Of a stretch of 64,000 nucleotides of DNA, positions 26,701 to 39,800 are shown in pieces; the first letter of the stretch is position 1; the number at the start of each line of letters is the position of its first letter. Below the pieces are notes generated by a model. That model was not told the origin of the DNA. It saw only the letters and a list, made by a program, of their open reading frames with translations, and did not search any database. The stretch comes from Trichoplax adhaerens. Its lineage: Eukaryota; Animalia; Placozoa. The position numbers and the translations under genes are program-made. The stretch is taken from assembly GCF_000150275.1 (NCBI RefSeq), contig NW_002060948.1, positions 1,263,983-1,327,982 of the forward strand, given 5' to 3'.

Positions 26701-29700
26701 GCTAAATGAATCCGTTTCGTCAACAGTAATACTTTCGGGTCTTACCACAAACATCGGAGGTACTAAGAAATATTTACCAATAAAGAGCTTGATAAATTTG
26801 TATTTGTTATGAAATCATCTGAAGAAACAAGATATAAGTATAATTAATCTTACCTATAACAATTAAATTGTAGGAATGACTCCTCTCTCCAGCAGTATTT
26901 AGTGCCTTGCATGTGTAAGTACGATTATCGGATATGACTACTTCTGTAATAAAGAGCTTATTTCCATTGACGATATAATGATCATCATTACTATCTATAA
27001 GACCACTAGATGTATGCCAGTTAGCAATAGCAATAGGGCGAGCATCAGGTAATTTACAAATTAACTCCGCGCGGTGACCAATCTTACTAAATAAAGACGT
27101 TTGTTGATCATGAAAGTATCCAATGTCTGTTGTAACGTGAAGACACCCGGTTATATAAATTAGTACAGGCAATGAAAGATATGATTAAGTAATCGTACAG
27201 TATTCAGAATTTTTACTTATCTATTACTCACATGGAAATTTTAGTTGTGCAGTGAGAGAAGTTTGATTTATAAAGTTGCTGCATTCGCAAGAATAATTTC
27301 CTTCATGTTTTTCGCTTACTGATGGTATATAAAGTGAATGATTCTGTAATACTTCGTAATCAGAATTGCTATGTAATATTTGACCAGCTACGTTTAAAAC
27401 GGTCCATGTAGTTGCTTTCGAATTTCCGCAATCGCAATTAAATAGGGCAGATTCTCCAAGTTTTGCTAAGACATCCACAGGTGGAATTATAAACATTGGA
27501 AATGCAATTTCTTTGAAAGAGAGTAGAAATAATATTATCAAAATTCTTAACGTTATCAAAAACATGTAAAAGCATCAGGGGCTTAACAGCTACAGCATTG
27601 TAAGTATAAAACTTGTATAAAATAAAATTAATAACTTTCATGTACCATACCTGCAACTTGGACCGTAGTATTACTTCTGACAGTTCCGGCGATGTTTGAC
27701 ACTAAGCACTCATAAACTACATTATTATTACGGTAAGATACTTTATCAATAGTGTAGGTGTTTGTAGTGCTTCTTAGTAACCCATCACCATATATCTTAA
27801 ACGTAGGTTTTGGTAATGCAATTGGCATTTCGCATGTAATGATCGCCTTTGTTCCCCAAGCAATATTGAGGATTCGACTTTTGCGAATAGGTCTAATATC
27901 TGTAATAACACATAAGATAATTTTAAACTATAAAAGAATAACCCAAAATTTTGATATTTAAAAATTTGAAAAATCGGTGTAATGAAACTGGATATTTAAA
28001 AGCCATTATTAAAAAATTCAATTTTACACATACAAGCTATTCGCAAGGTAGCTTTTGCGACGGCCGTGCCAACAGCATTTTGTCCAATGCATGTATACTC
28101 TCCTTCATCAGCGCTATCAAAGTTACTTATTCTTAACGAATTATTGCTAAATATCTCAGTCTTGTTATTGCGATCGATTCTTGTATTATTAAAGTACCAT
28201 AAGACTGTAAATTCGTTGGCTTTAAATACACAGTCTAAAATCCCAATCTTCCCTTTAGCTATGACAGCATTTTCAGGTCGTCGAAAAATAACTGGTCTTC
28301 CTACAATGGAAAAAGCAACAGAAATTATAAGCAAGGGCTAAGTTCAAATATAATCAATTAAATTTGATTAAATAACTATTTAAGTATACAGCTTAAAAAA
28401 GACCATACCTGTAACTACTAAGTTGAACGAATTACTATTTTTTCTACCGTAGCTATTCGAAACTTGACAGTAGTATTCTCCACTATCGGCCACCAGCAAT
28501 TGGTTAATAATAATCTTATTTTCAGCTAGAACAATTCTACCATCAGCCGTAATGGTTCTGTTATTTCGCAACCAACTATATCTTACTCTGGAGGCTCCGG
28601 GAGTGTTACAATCCATTTCGATTTTATCTCCTTGTCTATAATTACTAATTTCGGCCTCAATGAATACATTTTCTATGTCTAATTTATGGAAAAAATATCC
28701 ATCACTATATATCCACAAGTAAATCACGCTTCATAACTATCAATCTAAAACAGTTCGCTTTATAGCCGTTTAATTATTAACCGTAGTACATACAGTGCAC
28801 AGTTAAAGCAGCAATCTTGCTTTGAATACGTTCGTTTTGGTCGTTAATCGCAACACAATAAAAGTTGCCATTGTCTGCAGGTCTGTCAGCCAGTGAAAAG
28901 TGTAACGTACCATTAGGTAAGACACTTCTTCTTCTAGTAGAGCTAATAGCACCACTATCTTCTTGCACCCAGATGTAATATATTCCAGTACTGCCAATTG
29001 CACGACAATCTAACTGTGTCGGTCTTCCTTGTACTGCGGTTGTGTCTTGCGGTTGAATTTCGAAGCGAAAATCCTGGCCTATTGTATACAAGTATATACG
29101 TATCCAGTTAAATAATTACAATTAATCGACTATATGTGTAAAAGGTAGAAATAAGCAGAAAAGTACGTAATAATATTTTAAAAGTAGTTTAAGGTAAGTA
29201 TGGACATTTATGTTTATCACCGAGTCGGAAGATCAGATATTAGCATACATAAAAGCGCAAGTTGAGGTACAGTAAAAATTGAACTATTTTTGAAATCTGA
29301 AGATAAAGTTGCCACATAAGCATATTTGTATGAGCGTTCTAGGCAATGGAGATAAAATAAGTGATTTCGTTTTGATGGATACGCGTATACAGTTATTAAA
29401 ATGATGATTGTCTATTGTCACCTCATGATCTTATACACATATCAAGAAAATAGATAGCGGATCGACTAAAAGAACGATGAAGCATGCAGTAAAACTTGAA
29501 TGCTAATAATTGCATCGTGTAGTACCGAGGACTATGCATCAGTTCAAAATGTTAATAGTTCACTGACACTATCTATCATAGTTCAACTCTAACCCGTTAA
29601 TGTTTTAATCCGTTGCGTTTCTATGTAATTAATACAGTAATAACGCGCTGCTAATACTGTATGCTGGATGTAGCGAATCGAACAGTTGATGCGATAGCTT

Positions 29701-30835
29701 TACTCAACTCAAGTATAATCAATATTATTATCTACAGTTGATAATCCAATAAATCATCCTATCGTCAAACTATCGCAGGCGTATGACAGTGGTAAATTAT
29801 CACGCTACTATAAATTGTCAGGATCTTCGCATGTAGATCGTTAAGAGTAAGCAATTCATGTATCATTATAATAAATCGATCGTCATTCTTAGCTATCCCG
29901 TATACAGCTCATATCTCTTATGGTGAATAATTAATTAACAGAATCTGTACAAGTCTGTTTGCATAATAGTGTATAATATGTCTTGTACTGTATAGTGCAT
30001 TAATGAATGGTATATTTAATAATATTAATATCAAGATTGTTATCATAATTTCACACGCTATTGTCAGTTTTCAAAAGGGACACGGAAACAACAATAATTA
30101 TAATTTATTGAAGTCTTAATAACTGGCCTTGAGGATGTATTAAAGCATCAACCAGCATAACGCATAAGTGCGTTAACTTATAATAACATCCTTCAATTTT
30201 AAAAGCAACTTATGTAATGTCGACTGCTGTGCTTTCAGTCAACGAAATTGTATTTCATATATACGAGTATGAACAGTATATGGGTGTCTCGTACATTAAT
30301 TTTCTACTTTTTAACATTTGCTACCAATTGTTCACTTTTGGCTTGTTAATATCTATTGTACTAAGAGACAAAGCATTAAATGTACTTACTGTTAGTTACG
30401 GATAATTTACGTTTCTTTTTTCTGCAAATACAGTAACATACAGTAGACAAAGTAACTTTCATACAAGACCGTTTATTGTATAACAGCGCTACGAATACTA
30501 AAGTATACTACGCGTAAATGAAATATTAAAGAAAATTGAAGAAATGGCAACGAAACCTATATAAAATATAGAAAACGTGATAAACGGTGGAAGAATATTG
30601 TTCACTTGTTTTACATACTATCGAGTCAATTCGTAATTATCGAATGCCTATAATAATTGCCAGTCAGTACGATATGTTGGCAATTAGGCTCCATATTTTA
30701 AATTTTTGCGAAATCATGTTGAGTAAACTGTGGAAGCGATGCGTTGATTTTTCTAATCATGATAATACGGTACAGTGTATTGAATTATAATTACCTTTCG
30801 TGTACGCGCATTAGTAGTAAATTAATAAATAACAT
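23747..30835 (-). CDS. PTK7: PTK7/CCK4/off-track family receptor tyrosine pseudokinase (9 Ig + TM + inactive kinase), frameshifted as assembled
   Basis: One Ig domain per phase-1 exon from 29078 down to about 25570, then TM GTIIIAAVCAVGYILIMIIGYFYC. Kinase motifs are GHSKFGPVY, VAIK, FIHSD(I)AARNC, VKITNLSLSKDTYRNEYY (DFG replaced by NLS; human PTK7 has VKVSALGLSKDVYNSEYY), PLRW(M)SPEA and DVWSFGVLMWEVF. The stop is at 23747. The signal-peptide exon 30795-30835 is tentative. Confidence 0.88.
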
Positions 30836-31124
30836 CACTCAATCTCTTTTAGCCACGACTAGGAGAGTACAACTTTGATCATCGTGATAATTATATAAAT
30901 AATAGATCAAGTCCGCTAGCGTGCGATACATTATGCAGGGCCCGACCCCCAATTATTATCGCTGTACAGTATTGTAATAATATTTTGAGAGATTTCTTAT
31001 TACAATTACGCACGAAAACGTCATCGTAAATACTAATTTACTATCAAATCATCACTAACTCGGACTACGATTACTTTTCAGTACTTAACAATTTTTTCAT
31101 TACCACCCATGCTACAGCAGATCG

Positions 31125-31132
31125 TGACGTCA
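31125..31132. promoter_or_regulatory. CRE-like palindrome TGACGTCA upstream of PTK7
   Basis: Perfect TGACGTCA about 290 bp upstream of the putative first exon. A short (ACGTCAAT)x3 half-site repeat lies at about 31367-31390. Confidence 0.3.
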
Positions 31133-33727
31133 AAGGGCACCTTCCTACTGGCAATGCGGTATGTGCGGTTACTCTATCCTTTAATGGTACAATTTAGAAT
31201 GATCATTCTTATTTTATCATGAAGAGAACGATCCTTGCTGTGGTGGATAATTACAGTACTGTATACCCGCATGTTAACACTAGCTAATCGTGCTCCGGTA
31301 GTACTAAAATATTTGAAATTAAAATTATAATAGTTTACGGAACACTGCGTAAATAAGTTGTAAATAACGTCAATACGTCAATACGTCAACAACATGTACA
31401 GTACTGTACACGTCAATACTGTAAGTATACTGTACTTGCAAAGTTTAAGATGCGATAATAAGCAAATCGTTTACTGTAGTTTGTTCAATTTCGAGCTATA
31501 TTAGTAATGCAACATCCAATCAGTAAATTCGATTGAGGAGTAATTACAGTAGGATGTCTTTATCTTTTATCTAGTTGTTAATAGTTAGGCTTACTTTGTC
31601 TACTCTGATGAATAAATAGCACGTACTAAGTAAAAGCTTCCAGCGATTAGGACCCTTGTGCGAATTGTTTCAGTATTACTACCCAGTAATATCGTTTACA
31701 TTGTGAGAACGTTGCAAACGGATTGAGATAATAACTTTAATGGTAACATTTTCATTCGTTGGGTACCATGATCTTCCTACAGCAATACTTGGTAATACTG
31801 TACTAGGAGCGACGGTATTGTTAGGATCGTACTCAACGCAGGGAATGATGCTTGCGGAAAAATAGAACAAAGTGATGTATAAGTTTATCATCATGATCAT
31901 CGGATGAATCATCACTCGTAACTGAGTCATCAAATGATAATGTCTATAGTATACAGTAATTACTGTATATATATATTTCCCTCTACATCTAGAAATTCAT
32001 TGACTACAGTATTGGGTAGCTAATTGCTACAGTAAAGCCATTAGATCGAGCAATTTACTACTAGTGAGTGGCAAGAAATAAATCAGTCGAGCCTCTGCAG
32101 GATCAGTGTTTAGAATTGGCAAGATTTTATCACTTGCTAGGTTATTTTCGAAGGCAAGATTAGGTTTTAATATGCTCGTACGAAGTTTTCATACTATTTA
32201 TCTAGGGTTCGACCAGCAATCATTTGATGTTAGAATAACCAGATTCGTCCATCCAGACACGATTGTAACTTGTAATAAAGACAAATCAAATCTAAAAATC
32301 ATCATTTATCGATATGATGATAATTTTTGTAGATTTTGTCGTAATCCGATAGAGGCCGTGAGGCGTCAATCATACTGTATAAATAATAATTATATCCATC
32401 GCCTACAAGAACGGTTAATCGGTTAAGATACCATCGACGGCAATATCGGCTGTAGCCGAGGTCATTGTGCAGCACATAATGCAAGTGTATCTATTACCAT
32501 TTTATTTTACTTTTTAGTCCATTTCCAATCACTACAGTATTAAAAGAAATGAATTTCATATAGCGACGTCAACGAAATTTCCTATTGAAACCCCTTGATG
32601 AAGAAATGGCAACATTTAATTTTTCAATTTTGAAGGATCCCAGCTAACCTGGGAAAATCAAAGTGCACGCATTTCTTGCACTGAAAGAGCTTTGCACGAC
32701 TATCTCTTTTCTGACAACACTGTACCTACTGCAGGGCACAATCATCTACAATTAATATAAAGTTTGTTCAACACGGTGTCACTGATAGTAACGGGCTGTT
32801 TGGGTGTATTAGGCTATAGGGTGGCTTGGGCAAATTAGTATATGTATGCATGTTCGTTACCCAAGTAATAATAAAGCTAAAGTCTAATCGAATTGATCCG
32901 CTAAAGACATTCAAACAGACTAAGTTGCTAGTATTGAGATGATTGTCATGAAAAGAGAAAAATTTCCGGTTAAAAACAGGAAGTCTACATCGGAGTAGTT
33001 ACGAGAATAAAGCACAGAACAAAGTAAAAGAACTCAAATTATCGGGTAGAATATGTCCATAAAAAAAATCAGCTCATCTTTTCCTTACCTGAAACACCTA
33101 GCATGAATAAAGTAATAACCATGAAAACTTTGCTCTTGAAATTTCCTCTCCAATTTTTAGGCATCTTGACTTTGCTTTGGCTGCTTGTAATGACGTCCAA
33201 ATTTTAATTTCTTTGAAACTTTTAAAGTAGCGAAAAAATATCGGCACCAAAAGTAAAACTAGCGTAAAGTAATCGACTACTTCAAGCAAATGTATGACTA
33301 AGTAGTAATGAATGAAGAAGGCAATCAAACTACAGTCTTGAGAAAGGAATGAACAATTTAAAGTAAGTATCTATCGTCAAGACAAATGGTTTGAAAGATT
33401 TCACTGCTGTAGCTGCTTCTACGTACAGTACACAGTACAGTCGTGCTTCTCGTTGGGTAATCAAAGCTGCAGTTGGGGTAAGCACAGGCAGACTTGGCAA
33501 ACAAATAAAAAAGGCTATCACAGTATCGATGAGCTAATGAAAACTACACAAACGAGCTAAGGTGAATTTCAGCTACAAGAAAAGACTAAAAGCACTCATA
33601 ATATTCCGGCCGCCACCATTTCTTCAAAGAAGGAACAAATTGCTCCTTTCCCAAGAACTTTTTTCCCAACAGTGCGCTAAAGAAATTAAATCAATCAATT
33701 AAAAAAAAATTTCTTAATGACTGCATG

Positions 33728-34422
33728 CTACAGTACTATGTTGAGGATTGTACTGTAGCCTGTGTAAATGAAGTGTCGTATAGTACAGTACGTACAGTAG
33801 TCCAGTACGTCTTGTACAGTATCTAGTTTTCCAAGCTAGGCTATAAGCACAGTCGGTTTCTCTACTAAAGTGGATTGCAGGATGGGGTAAAGTCCCAGAA
33901 TAGCTGGCTATCTGCAGTTTACTGCTCAATGGTGCTTTTTATGAACACAGTCGGTTTCTCTACTAGAGTGGATTGCATAATAGGGTAAAGGGACAGAAGA
34001 ATAGGTGGCTTATCTATCGTTGACTGGACACTGTACTGTACAGTACAACTCGTTAGTGCTTTCTTGGCCACGGTGTACTGTACAGTACTGTACAGTGTAC
34101 AGGTGACAGGTCATTTTGCACACACTACAGTACATGTACTGTATTACCTTTCCAAGTATAGCTACTGTACTGTAGTCAGGGACTACCAAACAGAAAAGGG
34201 GGGACTCTTTATATAGTACAGCACCAGCACTACACTGTAGTACAGTACAGTACTGTACCAACAGTGGAACATTTTTGGAGAGAGTACAGTACTAGTGTAC
34301 CGCGAGTTGCGTCATGTTCAGTAGACTGTGCAAATGCATGACAGCATACGGTACTGTAACCTGTAAAAAAAAGAAAATGACTTACAGTACTGTACTGTAC
34401 TGTACAGTGTACAGTACGGTAT
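33728..34422. repeat. Large TACAGTA/TACTGTA array with a ~98 bp-period duplication
   Basis: Examples include gtgtactgtacagtactgtacagtgtacag and cagtactgtactgtactgtacagtgtacagtacggta. The segment acagtcggtttctctacta.agtggattgca...gggtaaag is repeated at about 33848 and 33946. Confidence 0.9.
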
Positions 34423-34432
34423 AAAGGATTCA

Positions 34433-34476
34433 TTATTAATTATAATTATAATTATAATTATAATAATTATTTATAT
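34433..34476. repeat. (ATAATT)n microsatellite
   Basis: attataattataattataattataataattat. Confidence 0.85.
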
Positions 34477-34723
34477 AAGTACAGTAAGAATAAATAACGG
34501 GACAGGTCCAGACCTAATCCTGACCAACAAAACTGAAATCATTTTTGTAATTTTACTAATAGGACAGTCCATCGTAGCATTTGACTAGATGTAAAATAGT
34601 CCAATATTCGTAATGCATGCAAAATGGAGTCATGGCGCCGTGATCATCAATGCGTTAATGCTGTGAGCCTGTGTTGCTGATTACTGTAGTAAGCTGTGAA
34701 CTGAGCTCTGGTACTGACGACAG

Positions 34724-34891
34724 TACTATAAACTGACAATACACAAGATTCCCCTAGAACTTTTGTTAACCTAAATACTGACAGGAACTACTAAAAAGGA
34801 AGAGATGTACTATATACTGACAATACACAAGATTCCCCTAGAACTTTTGTTAGCCCAAATACTGGCAGGAACTACTAAAAAGGAAGAGATG
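34724..34891. repeat. Tandem duplication, 84 bp x2
   Basis: actgacaatacacaagattcccctagaacttttgtta...aggaactactaaaaaggaagagatg occurs at 34732 and 34816. Confidence 0.95.
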
Positions 34892-35289
34892 GGACAGGAA
34901 ACAGCTTCACTGTCAAATAGTGTGCATGCTTCTTATTTGATCGATGAAACGGTATTCGTACAATACTGCTTAAAACCAACTTAAAGTGCAGGCTAATAGC
35001 AGCTCATTTGGATGTCAATCGCAGACAGTATCTAGTGTATCATTAATTAAGACATGCGCCCCATTGACAATCCGCATCGTCCAAACTAATGAAGCAGAAA
35101 AGTGAAATTCTATAGAAACTTACGTATTTGCGCCGTCTATCCCGATATGATCCCCTTTCCCGTCTCTTTCTTTCTCTTTTAGTTGTCCTTGATATCCATG
35201 ATAGTGTAAACAGTTTTCAAAGTTCAAAGGTCGTCGTCGATAAGCGTGATACAAGCAAGGATGACGCTTGTTACAGTAGAAATTCCTGA

Positions 35290-35338
35290 TACAGTATGGA
35301 CTGTACTGTAGTACTGTACTGTACTGTACTGTACTGTG
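35290..35338. repeat. (ACTGT)n run
   Basis: ctgtactgtagtactgtactgtactgtactgtactgtg. Confidence 0.9.
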
Positions 35339-36850
35339 GACGGCAACATTTTGATTTTGCACTAAAAGATAAAATTCATTTCCGGAGGTAGTGTTTTATC
35401 TATGTAGAGGCATCATTTTTTAGGGTTTTTATTGGAAATGGGGCAACGGCTAGAACTTAGAATCTCTACTGTCAATCTACTTTATTTTTAATATAATATA
35501 ATATATAGTAAGTGTACGTAATCCTGAATCTGTTCAAACAGTATTTCAACAATGGTACAGTGCTGTACATCAGGTTGAACAATCAGTATAATCCGGTACA
35601 AATCGCTACTCATTCTTCTGTAGTACTTACTGTACTACTTACCGGTGTCCTGCATTTGGCAAATTAAAGGCCTTTGCATCATCCATATTTTCAATCATAA
35701 TGACCATGTTATACTTACAAACTAGTCTAATCTGATTAGCGTCATCTTTTATTCAATTATTTAGTATCGCGCTAAATCTTGAAAATTAAATGATACACAG
35801 CAAGCTGATAACATCCAATCAGTCAAATCGCATACTTGGTATTTCAAAAAAAGGAATGGAAATGAGAACAGTACAATCATTAGATTATGACAATATTAAT
35901 TGCAGATATAAAATAGGCCTACGTACATTTGTACAGCATGCCAATCGTATCAAATGATTAAATTATACTGTTACTGCAACATATCAAACGACTTTCCTAA
36001 ACTTTCCGACCAGAAAAGAATGATTCGAATTTTTAAATTAAAATTTAAAGCAAGCAATGCAAAGTATCTAGTAGTCATATTTGTACAGTACAAATGATGT
36101 TAGGCTAGCTGATCTCTTTGGGTAATTATATCCAACAAACTCGTATGCAATATCGAATGTAAACTGCTATGCAAAGAAAACCCAAGTTTAATAACTGCAT
36201 ATTATAAAGCGATTGGGTATTTGACGCAGCTCATATGTCGTAAGTAAGTCAGTGTTATTGTGCATCTTTTATAGATCAAGGATCAAATTGCCAAGTATAC
36301 AGATGATTAAAGCTCACCTCATATACAGTATATAAAAGGCTTTAATACAAAACTGCGCCTAAAAATATTTGGTTAGTAGCTAAATTACAGTGTTATTACG
36401 TCGTGATGGTTAGCGGGCCAAAGGTATTCCATCCGTAAATTAATGTAACATTTAAAACATCTTTCAAAAGAACAGCATTGATAATTCTAAACGGATCTCC
36501 AGACTACATATAACATAAATAAACAGCTTAATTACAGTACAGTATCCTGACAAATATTGTATGAGTTGAGCAGAGCTAGAGAATAATATCCATACAATCA
36601 CCCAAGATTAATGCAGCTTCCCAGGATAACAACCATAGTAATCATCTCGTAACATCAGTTTTTAACATAGACGATCGGATAATTCTTTTCAAACGTTCGC
36701 GATAGAAACTCGTTACAAGGTAATCCTGTAGCGATTAATAATGCGATACGCTAGAGAACCACTGGTTCAACTTAGGAAATTCGTGTAACATACACGTCAA
36801 AGATTAAGCTCTCTTGAGCTATTTCATGATAAGCTACAACATTTATATTG

Positions 36851-39800
36851 TCAATTCTCTTCTTTTTGCCTTTCACTTTCTAAAATCTTATCCTATTTTT
36901 ATTTGATCAACAATTATAATTATGATTAATACGCTAATTTTTAATATTAAAATATACTTTACACCTTGATGACCATGATTAGCTTTGCTATCGGTAAAAT
37001 TATAATGGTTTCACTTCTACAAAGACTTACCGGAGAGGATTTATCTACCATCAAGACATCCAACAGACTCACAAGGTGATTTATCACTGCATGAAAACAA
37101 TATCTTTTAGATTATACAACTTAGACGTAATTGCATATATTTTACTAGATTAATTTCGATATGGTAAGTCATTAGATTAAATAGTGGAACATTCTTTTAT
37201 CTGTCTATTATACAAGGACAAAGAATCGACTTACTATTTATATATTTATATGCATCCTTTAAGTTATCAATTATTCCACATAAATCCTAACAGATTCAAA
37301 TGATCCAAGTATAAATTATATGATATAGTAGGTAAGACTATACAGTTTAAACCTAAAAGATTCGAAAATAGCAAGAACTGCTTAGTAAAGGAAACCTTAT
37401 TTGAAGTATTCCAGTCAGGTAAGCCTGCGTTTGGATCGAACTTATTATGGCTCTCAGGAAAATTGGAATCGCCATTAAGGCCGCAATCAGATGCTTTTTC
37501 ACGTATCTTTTTGTATAAAATTCTGCCAAAAATTCGAAAGTAAGTTTTCCATGCCGAACTATACGTAATCTATTCTAAGAAGTATATAGCCCATAAATTG
37601 AAATTAGAATTTAAAACTCAACTCTATATTGTCAGCTGCTACACCAGTTGATGAAGAAATGATTTCGGATAAATGACGCACAGAAGATACAGCTAAGCTA
37701 TCTAAAAGCTGACCCAATTAATTATCCTTATAAGTAACTGAATTAATACTTAACCAAACGACAGTTAATCGTTTACTATTGACTTTATAAAATTGTATGA
37801 TCACTTAGATCACTTAATCTAGTAAGAAGTTTAATAACCAAAACAAAAATTTATCGATGTTAAAAGAAAGATCATATAATAAATATCTTTAAAATTACTC
37901 AATAGCTACCGCGGCAGTTTTATTCCATTGCTTTCTACCAATTTGGGCTTGCATTTTATCTCTCTGATCGTCGGAATCACTATTAAGATTACCTTAAAAA
38001 ACAAAAATTTACTGTAATACCGTACAGAGAGTAGGTGCACAAATTACAGCTCCCCAATAGCAATCATTTATCTGAATTTACATGATACAGCATATATTAT
38101 ATCATAACCTTCTTTAGTATATATTTCGATAAATACAGTAACTTAAATATTGATAACTATAAATAATTATATAATTAAGGTCAAGAGATTAATCAATTGC
38201 AACAAGTTACCTGGCGATACCGCTGTACTAGTACGGTCCTTTTTGCTAATTAACTTTTCAGAATTGCATCGTTTGCGTAGCAGATTTTCGTTCTTAGAGG
38301 GCTTTTCTTTCGAATGATTACTAATTTTTCCATTTGTTGCAATGTGGGGATCAGAACTATTCTTATGATTACCGATACCTTCTTCACCGTTTATTCTTTT
38401 TTTATTAGGAGAAGTTGACGCTTTACCTGTAAAAAAAATTAAAATAGATTACAAACAGCAACTCTCTATTAACTTTTTATCAAATTTGAAAATAAGCACT
38501 GCACAGTAGTTATCTTATACGGCCAGATTCTAATATTATCGAGGAATCTGATTTAAGTACGTATTTTTTAAATAGCAATTTCATAGCACTAATTTACATT
38601 GATGTGATTAGAGGTAAATTTCAGTTATAGAGTTTCTTTACCTCCGTGATCTTGATGCGCCACATTACTATTCTGGGCTTCCGCCCCAAAGCTAAATATA
38701 TCTGTGTCATCATCTGAGCCATCTTCGTCAGTGTCGATCGACGACGAAGACTTTACCTGATTTATATTCGTCTCATTTCTACTCGTGTTTACGTCAGGAA
38801 ATTTAAAGAAGGGACTTGTATCTTTCTTTTCTTGAACATTATTTGTCATCGATGGTGAATTCACTACAAAAGTTGCACTTTTCAATATCTTGGATTGTAT
38901 TTTTTGTTTTTGAATCACCCCCGGTGATGGTTGAGGACCATTGATAGTAGGTACCGACAATGTTGTGGCCTCAACACTGTAGCGTTTAACTGAGGCAGCA
39001 TTAGACTTGATATCTGCCAAATCTTCTGCAGACGGAGTTCTTTCCTGCAAATGTTTCTTACTCTTCAAGCTTTTCCTTAAAGTAACTAAATACACATATA
39101 CAAGTAAAGATTGATTTATGTATAACTAAGGTATCATAATTCATAATGCTTAGAAGATTACAATATTTATCTAGTACATTAGATAAAATAGAGCAGCGTT
39201 ATAAAGTATTGAAGAAAAATGTCAGTGATGTTCTTCAATAGCCATACTCAAATTGTACCTTTACTATCTGAAGGTGAAGAAGTTAGTGGAGACTTTGTGA
39301 GCATAGGTTTTGAGTCCCGAGAAGTTATCCCCTACGTTTCATATTAGTTTATAAGCAAATAAACCGTTCTCACTTCCTTAATATTTTAACGTGTCATAAT
39401 CATCACCCTTAATTTGTATACCTGAGATCGTTTTGTATTTCGTAAATTCACTTTATAATTCGAATCTACGCTCCCACAACGTGATTTTTTGCCTAGATCT
39501 TTTGCCGAAATACTACCAGGCGATGTGCTACTACTAGTTAAAGCTTGCGAAGAGCTCCCACTCCTGTTACGCAGACGTAAGGGATTTTCCTTTCGCTCCA
39601 AATACGACAGATCAGCTTCATCAAATGTAAAGGGTTCTTTCTCTTTCCACTTGCGGCGTGGTGATAGAGAAGGTGCATTCGCCGAATAAATGCTATCAGC
39701 TATTAGAGGAGTAATTCAAGTCGAATTACAAAATTGAAACTAACCCGAATACGGACTACCTCATATATAATGTTTTTTATCCATGAAATTTATTCCCATG

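Noticed and set aside
27758-28341. Plus-strand ORFs overlapping PTK7, and similar antisense ORFs over CCDC170, the Myb gene and PEX6
   Set aside because: Short antisense shadows of real exons with no independent support.
34381-34422. Interstitial telomeric repeat
   Set aside because: The unit is not TTAGGG-like or G-strand biased, and it switches orientation constantly.
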